42,422 nucleotides of DNA. Origin: a virus. Lineage: Duplodnaviria; Heunggongvirae; Uroviricota; Caudoviricetes. Of this stretch, positions 11,612-22,236 are shown one piece after another; the first letter of the stretch is position 1, and each line of letters begins with the position of its first letter. The DNA is taken from IMG/VR virus record IMGVR_UViG_2534682157_000018. One strand, given 5' to 3'. The position numbers and the translations under genes were made by a program. The notes under the pieces were generated by a model, which saw only the letters and a list, made by a program, of their open reading frames with translations, was not told the origin of the DNA and did no database searches.

Positions 11612-12751
11612 TTAACCAAGAATCAGACAACCATGTGCCGGCTTCACTGATGAAACACCCCATGCCAGTCCAACTTCATAGCGCACCTGGCGATACTGAC
11701 GATACAGTGCAATCTGGAACGTAATCCCTGAAATCGGGTCCGTAACATTCATTACATCATCAGCATTATCGCCACCTTCCGGCATTGCCGGAGTACGGGA
11801 TGCCAGCAGAAACGCGTTGCGATCAAACGCCATATTTGCCGTAAAGGCCCCAACAACTGTGATGGCAGTATCATCGGCCAGATCCTGACGCAGTCCGGGC
11901 GCTGCAAGAGTAATCAGATTGCTGGTCGCTGCTGCCACAACATACTGATTCGGATCACCAGCGAACGTAACAATCTGACCTGCAGAAATACTCCCCGAAC
12001 CAGTATCAATGGAAATAAGAACATCGCCTTCTTTTTTCTCTCCATTCACGAGATAACCAGTTGCAGCAACCTTTGGCGCTCGTTTCACACCTGCCGAACT
12101 GTGAATATTGAATCCCTCCAGACGCCCCAACACGCCCTCACGCAGTAGCTGTTCAGTGCCGGATTCATTCACTTTAAACAATACAGACTGTTTTCCGCGC
12201 AAATTAGCAATGGCAGTGGAGCCAAGCACCATCTGCAGATCGGTTGTCGGTGCGCCGTTATCCTCCAGAACCTGACGAGCCAGAGCAGCATCAGAAAGAT
12301 CATCTTTAACACCAAACGGCGTTGTCCCTGCGGTTCCCACGGCGCGGGAAGCACCGAAATACAACGCACCAAGATCAGCCTCAACCTCGTTTGCAAGGGC
12401 GCGAAAAGCCTGCTTGAACTGATCAGCCAGAATGGTGTTGTAAGTCCCTGAAGGGCCAAGAGCCAGTTGTTCTTCACCATTCCATTTAACCGGTGCCATT
12501 TTGGATTTAGTAATTTTTACATCAACAGTGCCAATATTTTGATCACCGGTATTCGGAGCTGACGGCCCCGGTACGATATCTTCGGTTTTCGCCTCAGGCG
12601 CAACTGGCGCGGTTACCGTCTGATCTTTTGCTGCGGCGTCAGCTTTTGCGTTTTTTGCTACCGCAGGGATAAAACCTACCTGCTCACGGGATACAACATC
12701 CAGGGCGGTATAAATAGTCGGGATCAACCCGGTCAGGGTATTTCCAGCCAT
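11612..12751 (-). CDS. major capsid protein
   Basis: ORF 11612..12844; likely start at internal Met (MAGNTLTGLIP..., 12751) with AAGGA upstream; about 380 aa; follows the scaffold gene. Confidence 0.7.
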   Translation of the reverse strand: MAGNTLTGLIPTIYTALDVVSREQVGFIPAVAKNAKADAAAKDQTVTAPVAPEAKTEDIVPGPSAPNTGDQNIGTVDVKITKSKMAPVKWNGEEQLALGPSGTYNTILADQFKQAFRALANEVEADLGALYFGASRAVGTAGTTPFGVKDDLSDAALARQVLEDNGAPTTDLQMVLGSTAIANLRGKQSVLFKVNESGTEQLLREGVLGRLEGFNIHSSAGVKRAPKVAATGYLVNGEKKEGDVLISIDTGSGSISAGQIVTFAGDPNQYVVAAATSNLITLAAPGLRQDLADDTAITVVGAFTANMAFDRNAFLLASRTPAMPEGGDNADDVMNVTDPISGITFQIALYRQYRQVRYEVGLAWGVSSVKPAHGCLILG

Positions 12752-12849
12752 AATTAAATATTCCTTAAAAATTTGCGTAATTGTGAATAGATGGAGTAAT
12801 GAGCTATCCAGCCCTGACACCAGCTCCCATCCGGAAGCTGACAAATGTG

Positions 12850-13613
12850 TTAATCAACGATTGTGATACCGTCTTTCAATGCGTTTTGCTTACCTGCAAC
12901 ATCCAGTGCATCAAAAGCAGAGCGTTTCATCGTTTTCTGACCAATATCATGCTGTGTCGGACGGGAGCCGCCGCCATTGTTGCCACTGGCTTTCAGGATG
13001 TAGTCTTTCTGAGGGTAATTTTCGACAAGGAACTCCAGCGCCTCATCAAACTGCGCCAGTTCGCCAGGCTTCGCGCGGGAATAAATTTTGTTGCCGGAAG
13101 CGTCATAAGCAACGATCCTCCCTTCTTCCACTTTGAATGCCTGCCCGAAGCGGGCTTGTAATAAATCTGCCGGGATCGCAATTTTATCGGCAATATATTT
13201 TGAACCCGCAAAACTACCGCCAATCATAGAATCGTAAAGCTGCTTCTCCAGCATCTGAGAGCGTTGCTTTTCTTCATCTAATTGCTGCTGAAAATTTTTC
13301 GTAATTTCTGCCTTAACCTGGTCAACCTGTCCCGCATCGAGCAGCTTTTTCTGGTCGATTTTTGACAGCATTTCCAGTGCCTCGATCGCCTTCTTCGGGT
13401 CTTCGATAGCGGCAAACTTAGCCAGTTTTTCCTCTGCAGCTTCTTTAGCCAGGCGATGATTTTTTGCCTCGCCATTAAGCTCTGTAATTTTTTTGTCGCC
13501 AGCGGTGCATCGAAGCCAATTTCTTTACCATCGTCGTGCACATAAACTGGCAGGCCAGCAGTATCAATTTCTGCGTATTGTTTTCCGTTAATCTCGACCG
13601 TTTTCAGTTTCAT
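12850..13613 (-). pseudogene. head scaffolding protein, read in two frames (N-part from 13613, C-part to 12850)
   Basis: N-part frame MKLKTVEINGKQYAEIDTAGLPVYVHDDGKEIGFDAPLA turns into Arg-rich nonsense; the -1 frame reads a natural ...TELNGEAKNHRLAKEAAEEKLAKFAAIEDPKKAIEALEMLSKIDQKK.... Frames overlap at about 13470-13525 with a T7 run (13488-13494). Confidence 0.6.
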
Positions 13614-13671
13614 ATTAGTACCTGGTTTAAGTCTTCCGACAGTTACGCTGCTCACCATCCGGATCGCAGCA

Positions 13672-13698
13672 ATAAAAAAGGCCACCCGAAGGTAGCCT
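13672..13698 (-). terminator. intrinsic terminator between MuF-like gene and scaffold gene
   Basis: On minus strand: GGCTACC-TTCG-GGTGGCC stem-loop followed by T6. Confidence 0.5.
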
Positions 13699-13717
13699 GT
13701 TGTAATAAATGATTTAT

Positions 13718-14833
13718 TTAAATCCCTGCTTTTCTGAATACCTGTGCATCACGCTCACGGAGCTGCTTCAGCGTCAGCCATTCGCCTTTATCGGTGTAAA
13801 ATTCATCTGGCGACATACCACCATCCCGAATCAGCTTTGCTCGGGTTTCCCCCACAATCTGTTTTTGTCTGGTGTAAGGCTGACGCAAAAACCATTCCCT
13901 GTAGGTTGTATCTCCGGCCACCACGCCATCCATGCTGGCCCGCTCAGCCGGGGAAATATCGCGAACATCAATACCCAGTTCCTTCGCTGATTTCAGAATG
14001 AACGTTTCCGTTGAGCGGCAGCAGAAATGAATTTTTCCCGGCCCCTGCAAATAAGGCACGCTGTGACCTACAGGTTTATTATTCAGCGTATATTTGAGGC
14101 GATCCCTGATTCGACATTGTGGCGTAGTACGATTATCAAGCGTTGATAACCATTGCTTACCCTTAATCAAATCATTATTCGCGCTGGCAAAACTCTCACG
14201 GGCAGTAGCAGCAAGATGTCCAACCGCTGTTTTTGCAATGCTGGCCGCATTAGCCCGGCTCATCTGCAATGCACCATCCTGAAATCCCTTACTGACATGT
14301 CCCCGAATTTTTCTTGCGATCTGCTCATTGGTATCCCCCAGCAAAAAACCCTGACGCACTGTATTTGTTATGCGTCTGAGCCGATCCGCCTCAAGATCTG
14401 AGGCCCACTCACTGAGCAGTCGTCCCTGGAATGGTCGCGCCATTGCAGCGGCATAAAGTGCATCAGGAGAGATACCAACCAGAGGGTGAACATCAGCAAC
14501 AAAATCAGGTAGCATAGAATCAAACAGACTTAACTGATAACCAGCCTCATAAATTGCCAGCTCGTTCAGCTCTCCGGAGAGACTGGTAAACATGCTGTTA
14601 ATAGCAGTGCGGTTAACCTTTCTGACGCTCGCCAGAAGTGACTCCAGGCGCTTAACGGTAAAATTACCTGGATCGAGGCTGTCCAGTGCTATCAGCAGGC
14701 GAGCAGTAAGTTCCGCATCGCTGTCATTCAGTATTTTCACCATTCTGGCAGCCACGCCAGTGCTATAGCGGGATATCCAGACTGCATGAGCAATTGATTC
14801 ATCACGCAGCCGTTCATTCACGGTTTGCATCAT
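13718..14833 (-). CDS. head morphogenesis protein (Mu F / SPP1 gp7 family)
   Basis: 371-aa ORF directly after portal; contains STLDNRTTPQCR-like region typical of this family from memory. Confidence 0.7.
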   Translation of the reverse strand: MMQTVNERLRDESIAHAVWISRYSTGVAARMVKILNDSDAELTARLLIALDSLDPGNFTVKRLESLLASVRKVNRTAINSMFTSLSGELNELAIYEAGYQLSLFDSMLPDFVADVHPLVGISPDALYAAAMARPFQGRLLSEWASDLEADRLRRITNTVRQGFLLGDTNEQIARKIRGHVSKGFQDGALQMSRANAASIAKTAVGHLAATARESFASANNDLIKGKQWLSTLDNRTTPQCRIRDRLKYTLNNKPVGHSVPYLQGPGKIHFCCRSTETFILKSAKELGIDVRDISPAERASMDGVVAGDTTYREWFLRQPYTRQKQIVGETRAKLIRDGGMSPDEFYTDKGEWLTLKQLRERDAQVFRKAGI

Positions 14834-16220
14834 TGATTTCCATCAGCATTACACTCTGATTTTTTAATTCATCGATCACTTCCTCTGGACGGGAATCCTG
14901 ATCGATAAATTTCAACGCCTGCAACACCCGAACCGCATCAATCTGACGTATATCACCGCCCTGACGCAATGACTGAACAGCCAGCGCGGAGGATGAGTCA
15001 AACACCTGGGCAGATACATCCAGTTCAGTGCGCACATCCACATTGCCACCGCAACTCTCTCCGATCCATTCCGCCATTATCTGGAGAATATTATCGAGGG
15101 CATCTTCGAGGGAGTTCGCCATTGTATAAAGCGGCGAGTTTTCCTGCATTCGCTCTTCATTAGTCTGATCAACAGATTTGGTGGATGTATTTTCAGCACG
15201 CAGAAGTTTAGCGCCGGCATGACGCATCTGATTTTCCAGCTTCTCAAGTGATGTTTCGCCAGATTCTATCGCTGCGCCACTATGTTCAACATATTCGAGG
15301 CCATTTTTTGTTCTGTCCTCAAAAATCGTAGCGGTGGATGCACCAACCGTCAGTTCTTCATTCCTGTCCAGCCCGTAGGCCACCAGCAATGGAACGCGGG
15401 TAACATGAAGAATATTGTCCTGCTCGCTCTGGCTTTGCCAGTGCTTGATATTCAGCAAGCCAAGATTAAGCAATGGCGGTGTACCACGCATAAATCCTGT
15501 TTTCTTCGTGTACAGTGTTACCAGAGGAATATCATCACGGCTGGTATTCCATGACTCATGAAGCGTCCAGACAGATTCGCCATTAGTGCCTTCGCTACGT
15601 CGATAAATTTCAACTCGACGGGGCATAATATGGCGGATCTGCTCCACCTTCTTCTGCCCGAAATCATCACCATCAATAATGATGACCTCTTTTATACGCA
15701 AATCAGTGAGAACAACTTTCCCTTTTTCAACTTTCGATTTCCATCCAATAACCTGGCGTGGATTCAGCATCGTAACGTACGGACGACCACCGGTCGCGTT
15801 TTCATCGGCTTTTGTACGAATCTCTTTCATATCCGTTCGTGGATAGTCCACCAGCGCATGTGCCACACCATACTGAAATGCGAGGCTGAAAAATTGCTGC
15901 GCCCACACATCCAGTCGGCTCCCCTCCATGTCGATATTTTCTGCATATTCCCTGATTTTTGCCGGCGTTTCCTCACTCAATACTGTCGGCTCTGCAAATA
16001 TGCGCCCAATATTTTGCTTGATGCTTTCTTCATACACAGGAAGTAGCGTAGCCACAGACAGGCGTTTTTTATAAGCGTCTTCATCTTCGTTAGGCCATTT
16101 TGGGAGATAATTTTCCCCCTGCCTGCGCATTTCAAGCGTACCGCCCATCAGTGCGTCGTTAATATCCCACGCCTCCAGCATATCGTTATAGTCGAGGTTG
16201 GGTGTTGATATATCAGCCAT
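14814..16220 (-). CDS. portal protein
   Basis: 468-aa ORF between terminase large subunit and MuF-like gene. Confidence 0.7.
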   Translation of the reverse strand: MADISTPNLDYNDMLEAWDINDALMGGTLEMRRQGENYLPKWPNEDEDAYKKRLSVATLLPVYEESIKQNIGRIFAEPTVLSEETPAKIREYAENIDMEGSRLDVWAQQFFSLAFQYGVAHALVDYPRTDMKEIRTKADENATGGRPYVTMLNPRQVIGWKSKVEKGKVVLTDLRIKEVIIIDGDDFGQKKVEQIRHIMPRRVEIYRRSEGTNGESVWTLHESWNTSRDDIPLVTLYTKKTGFMRGTPPLLNLGLLNIKHWQSQSEQDNILHVTRVPLLVAYGLDRNEELTVGASTATIFEDRTKNGLEYVEHSGAAIESGETSLEKLENQMRHAGAKLLRAENTSTKSVDQTNEERMQENSPLYTMANSLEDALDNILQIMAEWIGESCGGNVDVRTELDVSAQVFDSSSALAVQSLRQGGDIRQIDAVRVLQALKFIDQDSRPEEVIDELKNQSVMLMEINDANRE

Positions 16221-16222
16221 AA

Positions 16223-17533
16223 TTAAATCCGAAGTGATGTGACTCTTCCGGTCGGTTTGACAATAGGGAATTGCTTAACGATGAAATAACCTCCGGCATC
16301 ATTCGGGTGATCATTGCCAGATTTTTTATCAGGCTCCCCCTTCTCATCCCAGACCTGTTGCTCCAGAGATTCGGCATATAACGGGCAACGCTTCACATTA
16401 ACTTTATAGCGACGCTCACCATTGGCATTGCAGAACATTGCATTCATTGAGTTAACGCGATCTTTTACTGGCGGGTTCGAGCTGTTCACCACAACGTTAA
16501 AACCAGCCTGCTTAAGCTGGGCTATATCCGTCGTACTTGCGTTACTTGATTTTCTGGAATCCCCGGAAGCATCTGGATAAATATAAATTTCCCTCACTTT
16601 CCGGTAATCATTCCCATCATACAGCCAGAAGCGTTCTTTAATGATGCGGATCATATCCGGCGTATCGTAGGCATTGATGATTTCAGTTACCGCACATGGA
16701 AGCCCCAAACGCAGCACATGGACGATTCCCGCCATCTTTCCAACGTTAAAATCCATCCCAATATAAATCGGCTCCCCTGGCTGCTCCACTTCTTCGCAAT
16801 TATTCAGTTTCCGGTCAAACTGATGGTAAACAGTACCACTTGTCAGGTTAGTAAACTGTCCTCGAAGATAGGCTTTAATCAGCTCTGGAGGGTATGATTC
16901 AAGAAGCGAAGGAATGTAATCTGCTGGCAGGTTCTTTTCATTATCGAAAGTAGATGCCTGCACCAGACCATACAGTGAGGCCAGCTCTGTTTTTTCACGC
17001 ACGGCTTTAACAAACTGCTCGTAGACAAATTTGAATCCTTCCGGCGTGGTTGTAACGTCAATACCGTTGCGAAGTCCATCAATCTTATAACGCATACGTG
17101 CAATTATCTTGCGCCACGCCGTTCTGGCTTTTTCCTTCGGCAAAATGTCCAGTTCATCCACCAACGCATTACCAATTTTGAAACCGACGATCGTTTGTGG
17201 CTTCTCCATCGATCTGCAGATAGTGGTTCCCCGATACTGGCGTCCGTAATAAAAGTGAACCTCTTTATTTCCCTCATTAATTTTTACGTTCAATCCCCAG
17301 TCAGCAGCAACTTCTTCCACTGTAGGGTAAAAAATATCGCGAATTTGGGGATACGTTGGCGCAAAATATCCCTGATTTATACCTGGATGCTCCCAAATCC
17401 CCTTGCATATGCCGCCACACCCAACCCATGTTTTGCCCGAGCCAAAACCAGCAATATAGGCTTTAAATTTATGGGGCATTGAAAGAAATCGCGCCTGAGG
17501 CACATTAAGCGTCGGAGAGATCATCTTCATCAC
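16223..17533 (-). CDS. terminase large subunit
   Basis: 436-aa ORF with Walker A-like GFGSGKTW near N-terminus; upstream of portal. Confidence 0.75.
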   Translation of the reverse strand: MMKMISPTLNVPQARFLSMPHKFKAYIAGFGSGKTWVGCGGICKGIWEHPGINQGYFAPTYPQIRDIFYPTVEEVAADWGLNVKINEGNKEVHFYYGRQYRGTTICRSMEKPQTIVGFKIGNALVDELDILPKEKARTAWRKIIARMRYKIDGLRNGIDVTTTPEGFKFVYEQFVKAVREKTELASLYGLVQASTFDNEKNLPADYIPSLLESYPPELIKAYLRGQFTNLTSGTVYHQFDRKLNNCEEVEQPGEPIYIGMDFNVGKMAGIVHVLRLGLPCAVTEIINAYDTPDMIRIIKERFWLYDGNDYRKVREIYIYPDASGDSRKSSNASTTDIAQLKQAGFNVVVNSSNPPVKDRVNSMNAMFCNANGERRYKVNVKRCPLYAESLEQQVWDEKGEPDKKSGNDHPNDAGGYFIVKQFPIVKPTGRVTSLRI

Positions 17534-18599
17534 TCCTTACTCTGGCATCAACCACATTAATATTGATCGCCACAGGCTGGGGATGTTCATTATCTTCCAC
17601 CGTTTCGATCTCTTTGCGCAGCTTCTGGTTTTCCATTCTGCGCCGTTCAATTTCCAGTTCCTGTAGCCGTTTATCTGCACATAAAGCCCCGTCAGCAGAA
17701 AACAAACGCAACAATTCACGCCGGGCGGCAGCCTTATCCTCCAGCAGGATCTCAACGCCGAATTTTCCGAATTTTGCCCCTGCATATAATTGCCGCGCAT
17801 CCCCATCAAGCAGAGTGGTATCAGCCATATAAAGCTGTCCCGTTCCCTCACCGCAGCACTTCGGGCAGTCCGGATTGGGTATGGCGTTATCAACAAAGCC
17901 GAGGCCTCCATATTCCGGTTCGGGTTTGCCATCTCTGGAAGCCTGCGCCGCTGCCTTGTCGAATTCTGCTATATCGCGCCACTGGTAGAGATGATTCTCG
18001 CCCCAGCAATAACGGCAGTTAACACGGCGAAATTGTGCAAGCTGATTGGGGTCGGCCAGGACAATAGCCATCAACTGACTCACTAGTAAATCCAGGTCTG
18101 CGGTATAGCGTTTCTGGTACTGATTGCGGAAGTAGCTGATAGCGCGAAAAACCCTGGCATTTCTAAGCATACGACTGGCGTTGCTGTTAGCTGTCGCACC
18201 TTGCCCCTCATAACCGGCTAGTCGGTACGCCTCTGTCTGCTTTTTACCCTGAGCAACAAGCATCGCAAACTTAGCCTGCTGGTCAGAAATGCCGAATTCA
18301 TCGGGACAGAACGAAAATTCCTCCGCGTCGCCCTCATTCAGGCCCGCATCGAATACTGGCTTTTTTTCCTGAGATTTTTCGTTCCGCTTTTGTGCAGTCT
18401 GCGCAGATTTTTTCTGCGCACTTTTTTGCGCAGTTTTGCACATTTCTGTCTGCGCATTTTTCGGAGTTTTTTTGATGTAACGACGGGCTGTTGCGTAATT
18501 CAGTCCCCTTGCTTCACACCATGCCACCGGAGATATACCGGAGCGGGTGTATTCAGCAATATACTCCTGCTGCAACGCCCCCCAGTCCGGTCTGCTCAT
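17505..18599 (-). CDS. putative terminase small subunit / DNA-binding packaging protein
   Basis: 364-aa ORF with N-terminal HTH-like segment and Cys-rich region (CPKCCGEG); immediately upstream of terminase large subunit. Confidence 0.45.
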   Translation of the reverse strand: MSRPDWGALQQEYIAEYTRSGISPVAWCEARGLNYATARRYIKKTPKNAQTEMCKTAQKSAQKKSAQTAQKRNEKSQEKKPVFDAGLNEGDAEEFSFCPDEFGISDQQAKFAMLVAQGKKQTEAYRLAGYEGQGATANSNASRMLRNARVFRAISYFRNQYQKRYTADLDLLVSQLMAIVLADPNQLAQFRRVNCRYCWGENHLYQWRDIAEFDKAAAQASRDGKPEPEYGGLGFVDNAIPNPDCPKCCGEGTGQLYMADTTLLDGDARQLYAGAKFGKFGVEILLEDKAAARRELLRLFSADGALCADKRLQELEIERRRMENQKLRKEIETVEDNEHPQPVAININVVDARVRSDEDDLSDA

Positions 18600-18602
18600 C
18601 AG

Positions 18603-18854
18603 TTAGTCCTGATTTTTATCCACCCTGAGTAGTTCGCGCAGAGCAAAGGCATCCCCTTTTCTGGCAAGCTTAAACAATGCCGCTCGTAACTCGGCTTCAC
18701 CTTTCGCTCTGCCCTTACGGATGGCCGCATAAAAATCTGTCATTGCTTCCCGATTTTCTTTCAGTCGGTTCAGATCAACATCCAGAACGTCAGCGATTTG
18801 TTGTGCAGTCATCCGGCACGCTGCCAGAGACTCGACTTTCGAATACGGAATCAT
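18603..18854 (-). CDS. hypothetical small protein (possible HTH)
   Basis: 83-aa ORF ending 4 nt before the putative terS start. Confidence 0.35.
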   Translation of the reverse strand: MIPYSKVESLAACRMTAQQIADVLDVDLNRLKENREAMTDFYAAIRKGRAKGEAELRAALFKLARKGDAFALRELLRVDKNQD

Positions 18855-19743
18855 TTGTCACCCCCATTGATATGCAGGGTGTCTTCTTCCTGTATTTTTC
18901 GTGAAGGATTTTTACTGCAGCGTTGTTCCAGGTGACCTGATGGTGAATGCGTTTATGGCTGGCACCCATCAGTGAGATTTTTACGCACGACGGCGCATAC
19001 ATGACGGAGTAAAAACTTTTAACGTAGGTTCCGGAATCCAGATACAGCTCGGTCATTCCGCCGCTGTTTTTCTGCGTCTGTTTCTGCCCTAACTGGACAG
19101 CACCGATCGTCATAAACAATTCACCACAGCGACCGAGATTCGTGTACGTATTCACATCCTCGTTAATGCGCCCCATGAATGAGAACGGTCGATCAACCGA
19201 ACAGATAAAGCTGTTCATTGCCTTGCGTTTCACCCACGAAGCATGGCCGCCATTGTCACCAAGAAAATCCCCGCCCTGCGACATAGCGATGGAAAGAGCA
19301 GGTATTGATTCGTAGTACGCCAGCATTTCAGAAAGGATCGCATCCAGTTTCCTTATCGGAAAATAGGCCTGGTCATAGTTGCGATCCACCCGAAACTGGA
19401 ACTCGTGATAATCATCATCGAGCTGAATGAAGTATTTACACCCGACCAGTTTTGCCAGGTCGAAACAGGCATTACGGGCGTAAAAAATTGAGCGGCGGTC
19501 ACAGAAATTATCGGCTTCGTCAAAACGACTGGCGATATCGGCTTTGGAAAACACCAGCACCTGTTCACCAAATTCAGCCATGTACTGATTCCGTGTCTTA
19601 TCTTCATCATCAACAACGATAAAAATTTTCCCGGTATAGCCAGCACGACGCAACGTCCGGTAAGTCAGAACTTTGTCCGGTCGCCCGTGAGTCAGAATAA
19701 AGGCGCAAAAATCATCACGCATATTCCTCCTCCTCACCACCAT
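18790..19743 (-). CDS. GT-A fold (family-2-like) glycosyltransferase-like protein
   Basis: N-terminal AFILTHGRPDKV...KIFIVVDDED resembles the GT2 pattern and FIQLDDDY resembles a DxD motif; overlaps the stop of the ParB-like gene. Confidence 0.45.
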   Translation of the reverse strand: MVVRRRNMRDDFCAFILTHGRPDKVLTYRTLRRAGYTGKIFIVVDDEDKTRNQYMAEFGEQVLVFSKADIASRFDEADNFCDRRSIFYARNACFDLAKLVGCKYFIQLDDDYHEFQFRVDRNYDQAYFPIRKLDAILSEMLAYYESIPALSIAMSQGGDFLGDNGGHASWVKRKAMNSFICSVDRPFSFMGRINEDVNTYTNLGRCGELFMTIGAVQLGQKQTQKNSGGMTELYLDSGTYVKSFYSVMYAPSCVKISLMGASHKRIHHQVTWNNAAVKILHEKYRKKTPCISMGVTNDSVFESRVSGSVPDDCTTNR

Positions 19744-20506
19744 GCATGATCTCCACCATGCGCTGCGTCATCCGGACAAATCCATTTTCAATAGCCTGCT
19801 GATAATCAATGATCACCAGCGCCGACTCCTCGAAAAAACACTGAATTTCAGAGGGGGCGTGAGCGTAATAGTCCGCAATTCTGCTGAAATTAAACACCGT
19901 GTGACGTTCTGCCGCACACAGGAGGAATTTCTCAATATCAGGCTCAAGGGACGCCGAACGTATCCGGCTGATCAGCTCCTGAGTTTTCGTATCGTCGTAC
20001 AGTTCACTGATATCCGGTTTACCGCCCGACGGCTCATAAACAGGCGTATCAATTTTCGTCGTATACGGCTCCTCCTCATTTCCTGTACCGGGCAAAACAT
20101 CCGTCAACAGTTCATCAATTTCTGTCGGGATGAAGCCTGTCAGGGAGACATCAAAATCAGCATTGATTAGGTCCGACAGCTCCATCCGCAACAGATCTTC
20201 ATCCCAGCCAGCATTCATCGGCAGGCGATTATCTGCCAGGCGGTACGCCTTTTTCTGCTCATCCGTCAGGCCAGACAGAACAATGACCGGAACAGAATCC
20301 ATTTTGAGCATTTCAGCCGCCATAACACGACCGTGACCCGCAATAATTTCGCCCTTTTCGTCAATCAGCACCGGATTAGTCCAGCCGAATTGCTTAATAC
20401 TTTCTACCAGTTGTGCCACCTGCTCAGGGCTGTGCGTCCTGGCGTTGTGCGCATACGGTGACAATTCTTGTAATGGGCGATAGACTATCTTTAATTTCTC
20501 GCTCAT
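19715..20506 (-). CDS. ParB-like nuclease domain protein
   Basis: 263-aa ORF with ParB N-terminal-like motifs (...NARTHSPEQVAQLVESIKQFGWTNPVLID...GHGRVMAA). Confidence 0.65.
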   Translation of the reverse strand: MSEKLKIVYRPLQELSPYAHNARTHSPEQVAQLVESIKQFGWTNPVLIDEKGEIIAGHGRVMAAEMLKMDSVPVIVLSGLTDEQKKAYRLADNRLPMNAGWDEDLLRMELSDLINADFDVSLTGFIPTEIDELLTDVLPGTGNEEEPYTTKIDTPVYEPSGGKPDISELYDDTKTQELISRIRSASLEPDIEKFLLCAAERHTVFNFSRIADYYAHAPSEIQCFFEESALVIIDYQQAIENGFVRMTQRMVEIMHGGEEEEYA

Positions 20507-20530
20507 ACAGCCTTGCTTTATGAATAAAAC

Positions 20531-20558
20531 GCACCCCAGCAGCCAGTGCTACTGGGGA
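20531..20558 (-). terminator. hairpin downstream of trkG-like gene (possible terminator)
   Basis: CCCCAG-N12-CTGGGG inverted repeat; flanking U-tract weak. Confidence 0.25.
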
Positions 20559-20643
20559 CGGAGGGGTTGCTGGTAAAGTTAGGTATTGGATCAATGAGTG
20601 AGTCAACATAATATTAAACTCACAATTATAAATCAGCCATATA

Positions 20644-22117
20644 TTAGGAGCGCCAAAAAAAACCTGAAAACAATATAATAACAGGATAAATTTCAAGGCG
20701 ACCAAGAATCATAGCTATGCACATTAAACATTTTGCAATGTCATTAAGCACTCCGAATGACGATGCAGTAGCCCCAAAACCTAATCCCATATTATTAATA
20801 CATGCAGCCACTGTTGCAAATGATGTAAGAAAATCATATCCCATACCATTTAACACCAGTATAAAAAACACCGTGAAGAGAGTATAAAGAAAAAGAAACT
20901 CCATACAGACCTCATTACACGATCTGTAACTATCTTCCCTCCTACATTTACACTCAACAACGCTCTGGGATGAGAAAGCTGATTTATCTCGTGTTTGCTT
21001 TGTTTGAAAAGTATAAGAAATCGAAGTGACTTAATTCCACCACAAGTTGAACCTATACATCCCCCAAAGAAACTTGACAACAGCAAAAACACTATCGTGT
21101 GCGTGGGCCAACTTGCATAATCCTGCGTAGCTAAACCATTATCAGTGAGCATGGAGCTGGCAAGAAAAACGAATGAATAAAACTTCCATGCAAGTCATAC
21201 ATACCTATATGCCAGACCTGGAAAGAGGTAACAATGATCACCCCTAAGGCTATTAACAGAAAGAAACGAAGTTCAATATCTCTGATTAAAGGTTTTATCG
21301 TTTTCCTGCTAATAACAATATACCAAAGAGTGAAGTTGAAAGCCGATAGCAGGGAAAAAGAACCAGCCACCAGCTCAACCAAATAGTTATTAAAATATCC
21401 GATACTCTCGCTATGAGTTGAGAAACCACCAAGCGAAACTGTGGAAATCCCGTGACAAATAGCATCAAACAAAGGCATTCCTGCAAGTCTATAACAGACA
21501 ATACAAGCAATACCTAATAAAGAATAAGTTATCCACAGTGTCCGTGACGTATCGGCCAGGCGGGGAGTGAGTTTGTCATCCTTAAATGGCCCCGGCATTT
21601 CTGACTGATAAAGCTTTGCACCACCAATACCCAATAATGGCAATACAGCAACCGCCAGAACAATAACTCCTAAACCACCTATAAAATTTAACTGTGACCG
21701 ATAGTACAAATATTCCCGAGGTAATGAACTAACATCATCAATTACAGTTGCTCCTGTTGTTGTTATTCCAGAAACCCCTTCAAACAGAGCATCAATGAAC
21801 GTTAAATTAAGTTCTGAGTCAATCCATAAAGGGAATGCACTAATAACAGAAAACAAAATCCAAAACATTACAATTATAATAAACCCATCACGGGTACGTA
21901 ATTGAATGCCAGATTTCTTAGTTGTATACCACGCTCCGCCACCAATGCAAAAAAATATAACGAAAGTTATAAAGAAAACGAACAGGCTTTTTTCTTTATA
22001 AAACAATGCTACAACCATTGGTGGCAACATTGAAAGACTATAGAGCCAAACCAGGAACCCACACATATGAGTAACAACTCTTACATGAGATGTATTCATA
22101 TCTAAATATTCTTTCAA
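20644..22117 (-). pseudogene. trkG: TrkH/TrkG-family potassium uptake protein, read in three frames
   Basis: N-part 21131..22117 is TrkG-like; fragments 20850..21152 (GGCIGSTCGGIKSLRF...) and 20644..20904 (...GRLEIYPVIILFSGFFWRS) continue it in shifted frames; an A5 run (21165-21169) lies at the first junction and a T3-C-T5-C-T3 tract at the second (20887-20897, near 20900). Confidence 0.7.
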
Positions 22118-22236
22118 TTATAACCACCTTGCTGCAATATTATGATTATACTGTATAAAATTTAACTCCTCTTAGATCTTACTTCACTGTTCCTTATGAA
22201 ACAATCATCAAAATGAATCATATTGTAGTTAAGATT

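Noticed and set aside
20424-20705. Minus-strand 93-aa ORF between the trkG-like and ParB-like genes
   Set aside because: It spans the trkG 3' end and the intergenic hairpin, has no RBS, and its translation is low-complexity; likely spurious.
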